Virus record (IMG/VR): IMGVR_UViG_3300015373_000001
Span: 1-64,000 of that record
Direction: 5' to 3' (one strand)
Length of the DNA stretch: 64,000 nt
Origin: an uncultured virus (IMG/VR IMGVR_UViG_3300015373_000001)
Taxonomy: Duplodnaviria > Heunggongvirae > Uroviricota > Caudoviricetes
Part shown: in pieces, positions 47,774 through 60,042 of the stretch
How positions within the stretch are numbered: position 1 is the stretch's first letter
Layout: each line of letters begins with the position of its first letter
Program-made: the position numbers and the translations under genes
Notes under the pieces: generated by a model
The model's input: the letters and a program-made list of their open reading frames with translations, nothing else
The model's database searches: none
What the model was told of the DNA's origin: nothing

Positions 47774-47967
47774 CAGACGTCCTTGGTTTCGAGCCCCTCC
47801 GGGCGCCAGCCGACTCCGTGACAGTGATCACACTGCACGAGGCGTTGTGCGACGGCCAGGGCGCGCAGCCGGTGCGGGAACGGACGTGGCTCGTCGGTGG
47901 AGGTGGAGTAGCACGGCTCCCCTGGCTCGGCCAGGCAGCAGGAGCAGGTCGCCTCCAGCGGATCCAT
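47773..47967 (-). CDS. Small Zn-finger protein
   Basis: CSCCLAEPGEPC...HRLR...CDHCHG. Confidence 0.55.
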   Translation of the reverse strand: MDPLEATCSCCLAEPGEPCYSTSTDEPRPFPHRLRALAVAQRLVQCDHCHGVGWRPEGLETKDV

Positions 47968-47969
47968 GT

Positions 47970-49172
47970 TCACGCCCTGGCCTGCACGACGACGCGGTAG
48001 ACGGCGGAGGAGGCGGAGTTGGCTGAGGTCAGGGAGATGTTGTTGGTGTCCACCACGATCTCGTCCATGTAGACGCGGGCGCCGCCGGTGTTCTCGTACA
48101 CGAACACCTGGACGTCCTTGGTCCCCAGGTTGTGGGTGATATTGAGGGCGCTGCCGCCGGTCAGCGCGCCGACGTCGGCGGCGTAGGCGGTGACGGCGAC
48201 CAGGTTGGTACGGGCGGCCGACGCGCTGGTGGCGTTGGTGCCGCCCTTGCTGAGGGGTACCAGGCCCACGGTGATGTCGTTCGAGTTCACCGTCAGGCTG
48301 CCGTCGGCGGCCACGACGTCGAACGTCGAACCGGTCAGGGTCAGACCGGCCCCGGCGACGTAGGTGGTGCCGGAGGTCGTGTAGACGGTCCACGTCTGCG
48401 TCCACGAGCCTGGCGAGCCTGACGGGGTGGCCGTCTGGATGTACTGGCCGCCCGCGTAGGTGCCCTCGGCTACGGCGACGAGGGTGCCGTCCAGGATCTC
48501 CCCGGTGGCGTCGGCGTCGGGAGCGCGGGTGGCGGCGGAGCCGGACCCGTTGAAGACGTAGATGCCGTTCTGGGTGCCGGTCGTCTGCCCGGCGGCCAGG
48601 AATCGGTCGCCGCTGGTCAGGGTGACGCCGTCCACGGTCGTGCCGGGGCCGGACAGGGTGACGTTGGATTGGGTGGCCACCCTGACGGGGTCCTTGACGC
48701 CCACGATCCCGGCCCGCGCATCGTCAACGTACTGTTTGTTGGCGGCGTCGGTGCCGGTGCTGGGCGCCAACAGGTTGGTGATCTTCTGGGAGTTGAGGGA
48801 TACCGACGCCGTCGGCGCCGCCATCTGGTCCAGGCGGGACGTACGAACCTGCGTGTCGAAGTCGCTGATCGTGGACGCGGTCTGAGTGCCGGTGTGGTTG
48901 GCGCGGGCCAGCGGGTCGGTGGCCAGTTTGGACAAGGCGATGGCGGCGCCGGAGGCGACCTTGGCGTTGGTGATCGTGTCGTCGGGGATGTCCCCGCCAT
49001 CCATGCGGACCCAGGATGTGCCGTTGTAGTACTTGTCCACCGGCGGCGTCAGAGACGTGTCGGTCCACATCTGGCCGGTGACCGGGCTGCTCGGCGCAGT
49101 GCCGGACGCTTCCGGCGTCAGCCCCTTGACCGGAATCTTGGACGTGTCGATCGGCGCCAAAAACTTCGGCAT
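47970..49172 (-). CDS. Tail fibre / decoration-like protein
   Basis: RANHTGTQ, DAANKQYVD, VRVAT, QNGIYV, ITHNLGT. Confidence 0.75.
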   Translation of the reverse strand: MPKFLAPIDTSKIPVKGLTPEASGTAPSSPVTGQMWTDTSLTPPVDKYYNGTSWVRMDGGDIPDDTITNAKVASGAAIALSKLATDPLARANHTGTQTASTISDFDTQVRTSRLDQMAAPTASVSLNSQKITNLLAPSTGTDAANKQYVDDARAGIVGVKDPVRVATQSNVTLSGPGTTVDGVTLTSGDRFLAAGQTTGTQNGIYVFNGSGSAATRAPDADATGEILDGTLVAVAEGTYAGGQYIQTATPSGSPGSWTQTWTVYTTSGTTYVAGAGLTLTGSTFDVVAADGSLTVNSNDITVGLVPLSKGGTNATSASAARTNLVAVTAYAADVGALTGGSALNITHNLGTKDVQVFVYENTGGARVYMDEIVVDTNNISLTSANSASSAVYRVVVQARA

Positions 49173-49180
49173 CCTGCCCC

Positions 49181-49573
49181 CTACGAGGTGAGGTCGAGTT
49201 GGCCAGCCATGGGGAAGGCCCACTCGACGCGGACTTGTGTGGGGGTGGGATAGGAGACGTCGCCCTCAATGAGGACTCCGCCGGTATCGGTAGCGATCAC
49301 GTTGGGGGTGATGGGGATCGTGTGGGTGACCTGCCACACCGCCAGCGGGGAGGCGAAGACGTAGGTCTGCTGTATCGCTCCGCCGGGAGGTCCTGCCGGA
49401 CCGGTAGGCCCGGCAGGACCCTGCGGCCCGGTCGTGCCGGGCGGCCCCTGCACGCCCGGCATGGTGAGTTCCAGGGCGACGTCAGGGCCGCCGTCAACGG
49501 TGACGGTCGTCTGAGAGTCGATCTCGACCAGAATGGCGCCCGGCGCCTCGACGACCTCCAGCAGGATCGTCAC
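49181..49573 (-). CDS. Collagen-repeat structural protein
   Basis: GVQGPPGTTGPQGPAGPTGPAGPPG. Confidence 0.75.
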   Translation of the reverse strand: MTILLEVVEAPGAILVEIDSQTTVTVDGGPDVALELTMPGVQGPPGTTGPQGPAGPTGPAGPPGGAIQQTYVFASPLAVWQVTHTIPITPNVIATDTGGVLIEGDVSYPTPTQVRVEWAFPMAGQLDLTS

Positions 49574-49935
49574 CGGGTCACCTCGGCGGACACCTCAACC
49601 TCGCCCCGCAGCAGCCGCGTGGTATCGCCACCCGGCGACTCAATCTCCAGGTCATAGACGCCGTAACGCCACGTCCAGGCGGCGGTGACGTCGTCGGCGA
49701 CGGCCAGCCGGATCTCCCCTTCGGCGGCGTCCACCGTGATGCCGGATCCGACGGTCAACGACAGCAGCGGAGTCGGCGACGTGATCGACTCACGGACCTG
49801 CATGCGTACGGCGTAGCCGGTCAGGTCGATCGGCGTGGGCGGGTCGTCGGCCGGGTTTTTGAGGCGCAGCAGCATGGACCAGGACTCACCCTGGCCAATT
49901 TCGATCTTCCAATACGCGGCTGGCACGCGGCCCAC
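49570..49935 (-). CDS. Putative baseplate/tail adaptor protein
   Basis: PIDLTGYAVRMQVR...YDLEIE...RLLRG. Confidence 0.65.
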   Translation of the reverse strand: MGRVPAAYWKIEIGQGESWSMLLRLKNPADDPPTPIDLTGYAVRMQVRESITSPTPLLSLTVGSGITVDAAEGEIRLAVADDVTAAWTWRYGVYDLEIESPGGDTTRLLRGEVEVSAEVTR

Positions 49936-49977
49936 CGTGACGGACCGGGACAGTTAAGGTCGCGCCCTACAGGCACG

Positions 49978-50013
49978 AAAAAGCGGGCCCCGACGCCGTG
50001 TCGGTGGCCCGCT
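49978..50013 (-). terminator. Terminator after ssb
   Basis: AGCGGGCC stem plus U tract. Confidence 0.65.
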
Positions 50014-50024
50014 CCTGTTGGGGT

Positions 50025-50486
50025 TTAGAACGGCGGCTCCTCCGGAGCGTTAGCTGGGGTCGCCCACGGGTCGTTCGCCGGTGCGCCACCCTGCCCGTGC
50101 TGTCCGTTGCCGCCCTGCCGGGCCGTCTTGTTGACCTTGGCGGTGGCGTTGCGCAACGACGGGCCGACCTCGTCCACCTCAACCTCATAGGTGGTGATCT
50201 TATGGTTCTCCTTGTTGGTGTACTGCCGCTGCTTCAACCGGCCCTGCACGATGACGCGGGAGCCCCGGATCAGACTCTCGGCGACGTTCTCCGCCATCTG
50301 CCGCCACACGTTGCAGCGCAGGAACAGCGTGTCGCCGTCCTTCCACGTGTTCGTGGCCTTGTCCATGAAGCGGGGGGTGGAGGCGATAGTGAACCCGGCG
50401 ACCGCCTCCCCCTTGCCGGTGAAGCGGAGGGTGGGGTCGTCGGTCAGGTTCCCGACGAGCGTGACGACGGTGTCTCCTGCTGCCAT
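50025..50486 (-). CDS. ssb: Single-stranded DNA-binding protein
   Basis: [26 protein letters not shown]-terminal EEPPF. Confidence 0.96.
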   Translation of the reverse strand: MAAGDTVVTLVGNLTDDPTLRFTGKGEAVAGFTIASTPRFMDKATNTWKDGDTLFLRCNVWRQMAENVAESLIRGSRVIVQGRLKQRQYTNKENHKITTYEVEVDEVGPSLRNATAKVNKTARQGGNGQHGQGGAPANDPWATPANAPEEPPF

Positions 50487-50525
50487 GGTGATCTCTTCTC
50501 TACTCGTTGTGGATTTGCTGGGGCG

Positions 50526-51466
50526 TCAGGCGACGCACTTCTCCCAGTCGGACCAGGTGTTGGGGCGGCGGAACCGGCCGGTGCCGAACTCGCCGAACTG
50601 CAGAATGATCTGCAACGCGACGCCCGCCTCGACATGCAGCCTGGTCAGCCCGTCATGTTCGTTGTCGAGGTAGGCGTCCTGGAGGCTCTCGTCCCACTCG
50701 TCCTTGAACCCAGGCTCGACGATCCCGGCGACGCTGTGCAGCACGGAGGAGGTGCCGTAGGGCCGCTTCGGGTCGATGGCGGGGGCGCCGAACTCCGGCC
50801 CCCGCCAGGTGATGCAGGCCCGCCGCAGCAGCGCCAGATGACTGTCGGTGATCTCGAACTCGGTCAGCCGGTCGGCTTCGCGGATCTGCTTGCTGTAGAC
50901 GTCGTCCATGTGGGGTGTCTCCGTTCAGTTGGTGGGCCACAGGAACACGGCCAGGAGGGCGCCCGGCGGCGCCGGATCGTATGCGTCGGCGTCGTCGCGG
51001 CTGAGCCGGTCCGGCTCCGTCATGTAGTGGTCGCCGCACCAGGGCTGATTCGGCATGTACATGCCGACGTCCACCCCGTCCTTGAGCGGAAGGGGGGAAC
51101 AGCCGTTGTCCTGGGCAGACGCGTCGCTGGACAGCACCACGAGGGTGTTCCCGGGGGTGCCCTTCGCCTTCAGTTCGGTCAGGGCGGCCAGCAGCGAGTC
51201 GAGGGTATGGGAGTCGGCTATGGCGTCCGTGATGCTCATCGTGGGGCCTTTCGTGCGAGTGGAATGTGCAGGGTTCCGGAGGTGTGATCGCAGGTGACTG
51301 GGAATCCGGCTCCGGCGAGAGCACGCGAGGCGGTGATGCGGTTGGTGCGGCCGGTGACCCGGACGGCGAGGCCGCCGTTGATGTGGCGGACAGCCGCCAC
51401 GGTGCCCCAGACGGGCAGGGAGCCAACGACCAGATCAACAACACGGTCGAGATCGGTGGCGTGCAT
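50526..51466 (-). other. Three hypothetical genes (50526-50909, 50925-51239, 51236-51466)
   Basis: Operon behind the motif-containing promoter near 51530. Confidence 0.6.
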
Positions 51467-51546
51467 GGATACACCTCCTGGTCGAGCCAGCCGGGTCGCT
51501 CAACCGGCCAGCACGTTACAACACCCGATTGTACAGTCATTTGGCG

Positions 51547-52338
51547 TCAAGTGATAGGGGAAGTCCAAGCCGCCTCCCAGGTGATCGGCCCAACCACGCC
51601 GTCGGCCACCAGCCCCTTCTCCGCCTGGAAGGCGCGGGCAACGTCGGCGTCGGCGCGGGCCCACGCCGAGTCCACGACGATGGACCAGCCGCGCTGCCGC
51701 ATCTGCCGCTGCCACGTAGCGACGTCGCTGCCGCGCATAGGCGGGTTCTTCACCGTGAAGTAGCGGCCCGGCCACACCGGCACCTGGACGGCGGTCACCG
51801 GCGGCTCCGTCGTGATGGCATTAAGCGCCTCATGGACCATGGCCAGGAACCAATCCCACGGGAAGCCCGGCCCCGGGTCGGTGTGGTCGGAGCGTTTGTA
51901 GACGGCCGACACGTCGGCGTGGCAGGTGATGCCGCGATTGCCTGCCGCCAGCTCCGCCCGGGTCAGCCGCCGGACGGGCAGGCCGTACTTTGCGCACCAG
52001 GCGGCGGTCACCTTGGCCGCCTGACCCAAGGCCGCCTTGGAGTAGTCATCCAGCCATTCGTCGCGGGACTGCCGCATGTATCCGGCGATCTCCAGTTGGA
52101 GGCCGTCAGTGTTGGCGCCGGGCGCGGCGTACGCGGTGTCCTCGTCGGGGACGCAGCGCACCGCAGAATCGTTGTCTACGCAGATGTGGGCGGAGGCGAC
52201 GACGCCGGAGTCCCGGAAGTAGCGGGCCACGTTCTCGGCCGTCAGCGGCCCCTCAGGGGCTTCCGCATCGTGGATGACGACGAGCCGGACGGTGGCGAGG
52301 CGGCCCTTTCTGTACTGGCTGGACAGGATGGTCTGCAT
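51547..52338 (-). CDS. Endolysin: amidase_2 + peptidoglycan-binding domain
   Basis: VVIHDAE, SAHICVD, SDHTDPGPGFPW; AFQAEKGLVADGVVGPITW. Confidence 0.9.
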   Translation of the reverse strand: MQTILSSQYRKGRLATVRLVVIHDAEAPEGPLTAENVARYFRDSGVVASAHICVDNDSAVRCVPDEDTAYAAPGANTDGLQLEIAGYMRQSRDEWLDDYSKAALGQAAKVTAAWCAKYGLPVRRLTRAELAAGNRGITCHADVSAVYKRSDHTDPGPGFPWDWFLAMVHEALNAITTEPPVTAVQVPVWPGRYFTVKNPPMRGSDVATWQRQMRQRGWSIVVDSAWARADADVARAFQAEKGLVADGVVGPITWEAAWTSPIT

Positions 52339-52442
52339 ATCGGCACGGTCGCGCCCGACAGGCATTAACGTCGCGGGCTGCGACACGCAGACGCCCCGCC
52401 GAAGCCTTGCGGCAAAGACTCCGGCGGGGCGGGAACGGGGGA

Positions 52443-55400
52443 TCAGGGGGTGTGCTTCCAGGCGGTCCGCTGCGCCGGGTCGGCGTAGACGAGGCCGAAT
52501 AGGAGGGTGGCCGGGCTGCACCGGTCAGGGTCGGGCACGAGGCGTACGGAGGAGCCGCAGATCTGCGGCTTGTGCTTCAGCACCATGACGCCGTCCCAGA
52601 TGTCGGCCGGATGTTCGGAGCGGAAGCCGAGCAGGCCGTCTCCCGCCTCCAGCCTGGCGACGGGGACGGGGGTGACCGGGTATACGCCGGTGGCACAGAA
52701 CAGCATCCAGTCGCCGGGGCGGAACGTGACGACTCCGCTGTTGCGGGTGGCGACGCGGTAGCCGCGCTGTTGGGTGACGGAGAAGTCGGCGCCGAGGGCG
52801 GAAAGTGTTCCCGCGATGGCGCCGTGTGTTTCGAATGCGGATTCGTCGGCTTGCTGTTCCAGGGCGGGGATGTGGAACACGGTTCTGATCGGTGGCAAGG
52901 TGGTCTCCTTTTGGCGGCGTCGCTCTAGCCGCTTTCGTCGATTCTGGTGGGCAGTTCGGATTGTATGGAGCGGTAGTGCGGGCTCGGTTGCTCGCGTGGT
53001 GGCGGCGGTTTGGTCACTTCTTCCAGGTAGGCGTTGACTCGGGCGTAGATGTAGTCGAGCAGGGCTTTGGCTTCGACTGTGTTGACGCCTTCTCCTAGGT
53101 GGAGCCTGACCTGGTTCGTCCAGTCGAAGCTGATCACTAGGCGGAAGCGGTCGAGTTGAAGAGTCGGAGGTCGCCTACCTTGGGGTTGTTGTGGAGCCAT
53201 CGTCTGGTTTGTCCTGTCCTGTCAGGCAGGCGATTAGCGTCTGCGGCTCCACCATGTCACGGTTAAGTTTCGCCAGGTAGGCGATCGACAGGGCCCGCTG
53301 ATTGGCATCGGCGATCATGACCAGTCGGCGCATGACCTCTCTGCTGTCAGCTTCCGCCTTGGACTTAGCGGCTATAGCCCTCCGAAGCATGGTCAGGAGG
53401 GCCAAGTCGTCTACGTCGCCACCCATGATTCCTCCCGCTTCTCCCGCGCACGCTTTCGGTACGGATGTGGGGTCGCCCGTCCCACTTCTACTCATCCCCA
53501 CCATGGCACGCATTTAGCGGCAGGTCTCGGACTGTTCGCATTTAGTTATCAGACGGTGCGAGGTCGTCAAGGATTCTGCGCGCCACCTGGTAGGCGAAGT
53601 AGCCGGGGCACTCCTCCGGCGTGACGTACAGGTCGCCGCAGGCGGTGCACTCCCACACTCCGGAGTTGTCGGGTCGGTAGGGCGCCTCGTGCACGTCGTG
53701 GCCCTGCTTGGCCAGCCTGCCGAGCAGGCAGCCCAGCGACCACGACTTGTCGGCCAGGTCGGGGATGCGCACCTTGCCGCTTGACAGGAGCGAGCCCGCC
53801 CGGCCGAGAGCTTCATGAGTCTCGGCCGCCTCCGCTTCTGCCACGTCCAGCCGGTTGCGCAGCATCTCCCGCAGCGGGGCGATTACAGCGCACAGTTCGT
53901 CGGCGGCGGCCCGCCAATCGTCGCGGGCGTCCAGCGGCACCGCGTTGATGGTCCAGTGGTTGACCAGGTAGCGGCGCTGCTCCGCCGTCTTGCACATCGC
54001 CATCTCCTCCCACGGGTTGGTGCGGAGCGGCCCCGCCGTGGTGGACAGTTCCACCGCCCGGTCCCGGATGTCGGTCAACCGGGCCTTCTCGGCGTCGTAG
54101 GCGGCCTGCGCCTCCGCCCGCTCCTCCTCGTCCATCCAGTCGGCGGGCGGCAGCATCCCGATCGGCTTGATCGCCTTCTCCGGGTCTTCGCGCCGCCGGT
54201 GGTAGATCTCCTTGCCCCAGAGGGCGTCCACCAGGGCTCCGTCGATCCATTCGTAGTCACTGCCGGTTACCAGCAAATGCTCCAGGGCGGCCGTCCGGTT
54301 GGAGTATCCGGCGGGCCAGAAGCGGATCAGCCGTTCCACGGTGCAGTCCACCGAGTCGCACGGGTAGTCCGGCAGCCGGGTTTCCCGGCCACACCGTTCA
54401 CACGTCGTCATCGTCGTACTCCTGCCAGGACTTCTTGGGGGTGCCCGTCAGACGGCGCACGATGGCGGCGCCGGGGCCGGATGCGGTGGCCAGGTTGTCC
54501 TGGTGGCGGTGCCGCCACCACCAGCGGGCCGTGTGGATGACGTACGCGGGCCACAAGATCCACCACAGCCACAGGGTGGCCAGATGCTCGAACGCCTCGT
54601 CAGTGCCGTCCAGCCGCAGAATGACGGCGCCGAGGCCGGTCAGGGCGATGCCCGCGCCGACGCCGCACAGGAAGCCGGTCATCGTCCGTCCTCCTTGGTC
54701 ATGCCGAGTGCGATGAACATGAAGGCGGTGACGAATCGGTCCTTTGCTCTCAACCTGGGCGACCTGGGCGAGCTGGGCACCTGACCCTTCTGGACCATTG
54801 CATGCGCGTCCAGCGCCCACTGCGGGAAGACGACGGGGCCCAGGCCGTGTTCGGCCCGAATCTCGTTGATCAGGTAGGTCGCCTGGACGTCCGTCCAGTC
54901 TCCTTCGAGTGCGAGCAGGAGACGCTTGCGGACAGCCATGCGGGCCTTCATGTCGGGCCGGGCCGCAGCCACCTGCGGATCGGGGATCGCATCGGCGTCG
55001 GGCATGGGCACGTCGTAGCGGAAGATGAGCCCGTTCATGAGGACGGCCAGGTGGTGCCCGAACGGGCCCGGTTCGAACGCGAACATCTTGGCGTAGTGCC
55101 ATTCGTCGATAACGTCCTCGACGGCATGGCGCCCGGTCGCGATCTCGCCTCTGGCCGTGAAGCACATGCCATGGATGGTGCTGTCTCCGGCGACGGTGGC
55201 GGCGTTGCGCAGCGCGTCGGCGGCCTGCTCCCGTGTGATGCGGATGCTGATCATTTCACTCCTCAATGGGACTGGCGGTTCGGTCACGGCCCCTCCAGTT
55301 CTTCGCGCTGGTTGACGTAGTGCACGAGGGCCTGGTAGGCGTCCTCGGCACGGGAGGAGACGCCGCCGTTTTCGTTCTCCAGCAGTTCGAAGATGAGGTC

Positions 55401-58400
55401 GGCGTACTCGGCCAGGAACGCCTCAGCGGGCGTCTGGTCGGGCATGGGCACGTCGAAGTGGAAGACGGTGAGTCCGAGCAGCATGGACAGGTCGTAGCCG
55501 AACGGTCCCGGCTGGTAAGCGAGGAGGGTGGCGTGTTCGAGCTGGACCATCAGCACGTGGATGGCCGTCTCCTCCGAGACGAGCGCGCCGCTGGAACTGT
55601 GCCACAACACTTTGACCGTGCCGTCCTTGGCGGCGGCGCGCAGTGCGGCGGCGGCCTGCTCGCGGGTGATGCGGATGCTGGTCATGTATTTCTCCATTCC
55701 GGCATTCCCAGGGCCAGGAAGGCGCTGCGCAGGGCGTATTTGGCGGCGTAGTCGGAGTGGCCGCTTGCCGACGCTTCGATTTCGCGGATGAGGTCGATGC
55801 CGACCGGTTCCAGGCCGTGTCCGGCACGGATCTCGTTGACCAAGGCGTGCATCTGTTCCGCTTCCCAGGCGACCCAGGCGAGTTCCTGTCCGCCGTCGGG
55901 GGCGGCCACCAGGTCTTCCCGCTCGTGCCGCTGTTGGGTGATGCGGAGGAGTAGCTGCCAGAAGCGGTCGCGTGTCTGCATGCGTTCACGGATGGGGACG
56001 GTAGGCCCCGGGTTCGTCATGCTGGACCTCCTGTAAGTCGGGCGGCCACCCTCGGGGGATCCGGGGTGGCCGCTGAATTCGACGGGTCGATCTACTTGTA
56101 GAAGCTGTCCGGGTCGTTGTAGATCTTCTTGAAGTCGGCGCTCGCCTTGTCGTGCTCCGGGCTGCCGAGCGGGGTTGATGTCAGCCGGTCCACGACCTTC
56201 TTGGTCTTGGATACGAGCGACTTCTTCAGTTCGCCGGGCTTCGGCTGGTCGGACTTCGCCATGTTGATCTCCTTGTGCTGATGATGTTGCACGTGATGTT
56301 GCACGCCCCGGAGGGGCCAACAACATCGCTTCCTCCTGGTTGGGTCGCTCCCCAACACCACTCAATGTACAGGCGTTTAGCGTCTGCGGCTAGTGGTTGC
56401 CCTCAGTCTTTGCGGACACCCGCGCGTAGGTCTCCCCGCCAAACTCCTCCCGCAGTGCGGTAAGCGTCCGGTCGGCGTCTTTTACCCAGCGGTCGGCGTT
56501 GCGGGCGGCGTCCCGGCGTTCACGGCGAACCGCGTCGCCGTCCCATTGCGCGTTGATGAGGGCGTTCAGGGTTACGCACAGGGCGTCCGCGACCGCCTTG
56601 CCGTGCCTGAGGTCGGACAGGGGGTCTGAGATGTCGTTCTCCAGGATGCTGCTCAGCCACGGGGCCAGGTCGTGCAGCTCTTCGCCGGTCAGGCGGAAGG
56701 TCACGCCGGACAGTTTGTAGTCGGGAATGACGTCCATGATCAGATGAACTCCTTTCGGGGATCGTTTTCCACCCAGTCCTCCAGATCCAGTAGCACCTGG
56801 TTGGCCAGCTCGCGGCGGTCGTATGTGCTGCCGTCGAACTCGACGGTGGCGGCGGTGTCGCGCCACCGCTCCATCTCGTCGGCCAGCATTTCCAGGAGGT
56901 ACAAGCCGTACTCGCCGAGCAGGATGTCAGCGTTGATCGCACGCTGTAGGCCCGCTTCGAAGTACTTCTGCTGCCGCTCCTGCTTGCTCAGCTCCGGGCT
57001 ACTCATCCTCGGCTACCCCCCAGGAACGCTCGGACATTCCGTCACTGAAGATCCAGGCGGCCATCAGCCGGTCGGCGATCTCGTTCTGCTCAGCGAGGGA
57101 CAACGCGCCCCATGCCTGCGGGGTTAGGCAGGTGTCCGCCTCGTGGTCGAAGTTGAAGGGCATGCCGCTCAGCGTGAACGACATGGACAGCCGGACGGTT
57201 GGGGTGTTCATGTCGATCTCCTTAGGACTTGCCCAGCTTCTTGTCGGCCCTGGCCTTGACATTCCGGGCCGTCCTGGTCGCCGACTGAAGGTCGGCGTTG
57301 TCGCTCTTGCCGTGCTTGGTGATGAGGTCGTCGCAGGCGGCGGACAGCTTCTCCAGGTCCACACGCTGCTGGTCTGTGATCTTCTTCATGGTGGATGCTC
57401 GCTTTCTCGGGTTCTCCTGGCGTCGGGTCGCTCAACCGACGCGTTCCTACGGGTTTATGCCGCCCTGGCTTCGCCCTGGGCGACCGTCGTGCCCTCCACG
57501 GGCTGTGAGTGGTCGCTGACGGCCCAGTTGTGCCAGCGGTGCGGAAGAGTCTCAACGACGCTCCAGGCGGCACCCTGGAGCCGGGCAGCTTCGCTGCGGG
57601 CGTGCTGTTCGGCGTCGGCCTTCGTGGTGAAGCCGCCGCGCGTTTTGGCCAGGGTGCCGTCGGCGTAGAAGGCGTGCGCGATGAACATCACCGCTCCGCC
57701 CGGTAGTAGCCGTCGGCAGTGGGCCGCATCCGTGACAGCTTGACCCGGATGGACCGACCGATGTGACTGACCGCCCACGGGTAGGGCTGCTCGCAGCGGT
57801 GACGCAGCGCGTCGGTGTTGCAGTCGAGCATTCGGCGCGTCTCGTCCGTGTCAGTCAGCACCACGCCGTAGGCGTAGCCGTCGGTGATGGCGGTGATGCG
57901 GAAGGTCCGGCCGCGCGTCAGAACGCCGTAGTTGGCCCACACATCGCCCACAACCACCGGGGCGCCCACGATTCGGCCGCGCGGGTCACGCTTCGGCGTC
58001 GGCGGCAGCGACCGCTGCCATTGCTCGACCGCCGCAGCCAGATCGGCGGCCTCGTCGCCGGTCGGCATGGACAGGTGACGCAGCAGTTCATACAGGTCGT
58101 CGTAGGTCTCGTTGACGCCGGGGCCAGCCACGATGGCGCGGCTGAACCCGGCGCTGGTGTAGAACACCTCGATGGTGAGGCCGTCGATGGTGGCGGCCAG
58201 GTAGTCGTCGCCGTCCGGGCTGGGCAGCAGCACCGTGGCGGCGCCGTGCGCCTCCAGGTGCGCGCCCAGCTCGGCGGAGGTCATCGTCGTCATGGCCGGG
58301 CTCAGTTCCGGTGTCCGCCGCGCCGGTGACCGGTCCGCAGGGCGTTGGCCAGCTCCTTCAGCGTGGTCGCGCTGCCCAGTTCGCATTCGGTGGCCACGCA

Positions 58401-58622
58401 GCCGTCGCGCATGAACCGGCCGTCGATCTCGTCGAATGCGGCGGTGACCATGCGGTCGCAGCGCTCTCCGAGGTAGGCGTGGACGTACTTGACGCCGTCC
58501 TCGTATTCGATCTCCGTTCGGGCGCCCTGCTTGGCGCACCAGTCGGCGAACATGCGCGGGATGGCGGAGTAGTCGTCGGGCAACGTCCGATCGATGATCG
58601 GGTGGGGCGGGTTGGTCAGCAT
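52443..58622 (-). other. Block of ~17 small hypothetical (probably early) genes
   Basis: Tiled ORFs, e.g. 53542-54411, 54679-55287, 55284-55697, 56092-56262, 57222-57389, 58302-58622; motif-containing promoters. Confidence 0.6.
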
Positions 58623-58719
58623 GGGTTCCTCCTGTGGGTGTCGGGTCGCTCTCCAACACCCTTCCAACGTACACCCATTTAGCATCTACGTCCAGCGTGG
58701 GCGGACAGCCATTTAGCCC

Positions 58720-59307
58720 CTACTCGTCGCCGTCAAACCCCTGCTCCACCACATCACCCTCCACGACACCGGAGGCGCCCCCGTCGATCGCTGCCAGCTC
58801 AGCGTGCAACCGCTGCGCCAACTCCCCGATAGACGCTGAATGCTCCACCTGGATCGCGCCACCGCCCGGCCCGGACACCTCCGTAGGCTGCCGCCCCCAG
58901 CCGCGATCCCAGAACCGGCGAGCCAGGATCTCCAGACCGACCCGGCCATCCGCCGGGGCCGTCTGCTCCTCCTCCTCCACCGTCCCGTCAGGCTTCCGCC
59001 GTGTGACGCGCTTAACGACGTAACCGCCCATTGCTGCTTTCATCACCGATCCGGCGACAACCCGCACTTCAAGCTCATCACGCGCCCGATAAAGATCCTG
59101 AAGGAACTGAACCTTCCAACTTGGGGCGTTGGGTTCTTCGGCTTCGTTGATCCAGTTGTAGAGGGTGCGTTCGCTGATGCCTGCGGCTCCGGCGGCGGCG
59201 TTGAAGGTGGCGCCTGCTCGGACGGCGTTGACGATGCGGTCGTGGATTTCGGGGGTGAGTTTGGAGCGTCGGCCGCCTGTGCGGCGTCGTGTGGGTGCGG
59301 TGTCCAT
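58720..59307 (-). CDS. HTH protein, candidate terminase small subunit
   Basis: GRRSKLTPE...AAGAAGISERTLYNW; EVSGPGGGAIQVE. Confidence 0.6.
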   Translation of the reverse strand: MDTAPTRRRTGGRRSKLTPEIHDRIVNAVRAGATFNAAAGAAGISERTLYNWINEAEEPNAPSWKVQFLQDLYRARDELEVRVVAGSVMKAAMGGYVVKRVTRRKPDGTVEEEEQTAPADGRVGLEILARRFWDRGWGRQPTEVSGPGGGAIQVEHSASIGELAQRLHAELAAIDGGASGVVEGDVVEQGFDGDE

Positions 59308-59415
59308 AGTGGGGTCTACGGTGACCGGGGGCTGGTGTTTGTGTCGCGTGGTGGCGTACAGGAACGCCCCCGGGTCCTGTGTGGGGCGCCGGGGGCGTTG
59401 CTGGTGTGGGGGGGG

Positions 59416-59844
59416 TCAGGCGTCGTCGTCCTCGTTGTGCTGTTCGAGGAAGGTGGTGTAGGCGCACGCCTCCTTCCAGCGTTCGGCGGCTTCGATGTCG
59501 CCGACCATGCATTTCAGCAGTAGGTAGAGGTCGGGGAAGGCGTCTTCACCGGATGCGTCGTCGCTGGGGTCCAGGAGGGCGAAGGTGATCTCCCCGATGG
59601 AGGTGGGGATGGTGTCGGGGTTGATGTGCTCCTGGCTTGGGTCGTGCGGGCTCATCTCCCATGTGGTGCCGGTCGGCATGGCGGTGCTCTGGCGTGACCA
59701 GTTCAAGTAGGTGATCCACCGTTCGGCTTGGTGGCGGAACGGAATGGGGCCGTAGCGCAGGGTGTCACGGCCGGGCCTGGTGATGACGACATCCGTCATA
59801 GGGTCGCCGGTGTGTGGGTTGATAGCGCGCGGGTCGTGGCTCAT
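59416..59844 (-). CDS. Hypothetical protein
   Basis: AAGGAG RBS. Confidence 0.6.
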   Translation of the reverse strand: MSHDPRAINPHTGDPMTDVVITRPGRDTLRYGPIPFRHQAERWITYLNWSRQSTAMPTGTTWEMSPHDPSQEHINPDTIPTSIGEITFALLDPSDDASGEDAFPDLYLLLKCMVGDIEAAERWKEACAYTTFLEQHNEDDDA

Positions 59845-60042
59845 GACTGCTCCTTGATGGCGGCGCGGCGGCGGTCGCTGCGGGTGCGCAGGCGTTTGGT
59901 TCCGCGTGCGTGGCGTCCTGCTGCGTTGCTGGTGCGGAGTCCGGCCAGGCGGGCGCCGGTTGCGGTGGGGGCGGTGCGCTTCATGGCCGGTCTTCCTTTC
60001 GTGGGGCCGCCCATCCGGAGCGGATGGGCGGCGGTGGTGCGG

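Noticed and set aside
56282..56305. TGATGTTGCACG tandem repeat
   Set aside because: Only two copies; no supporting context
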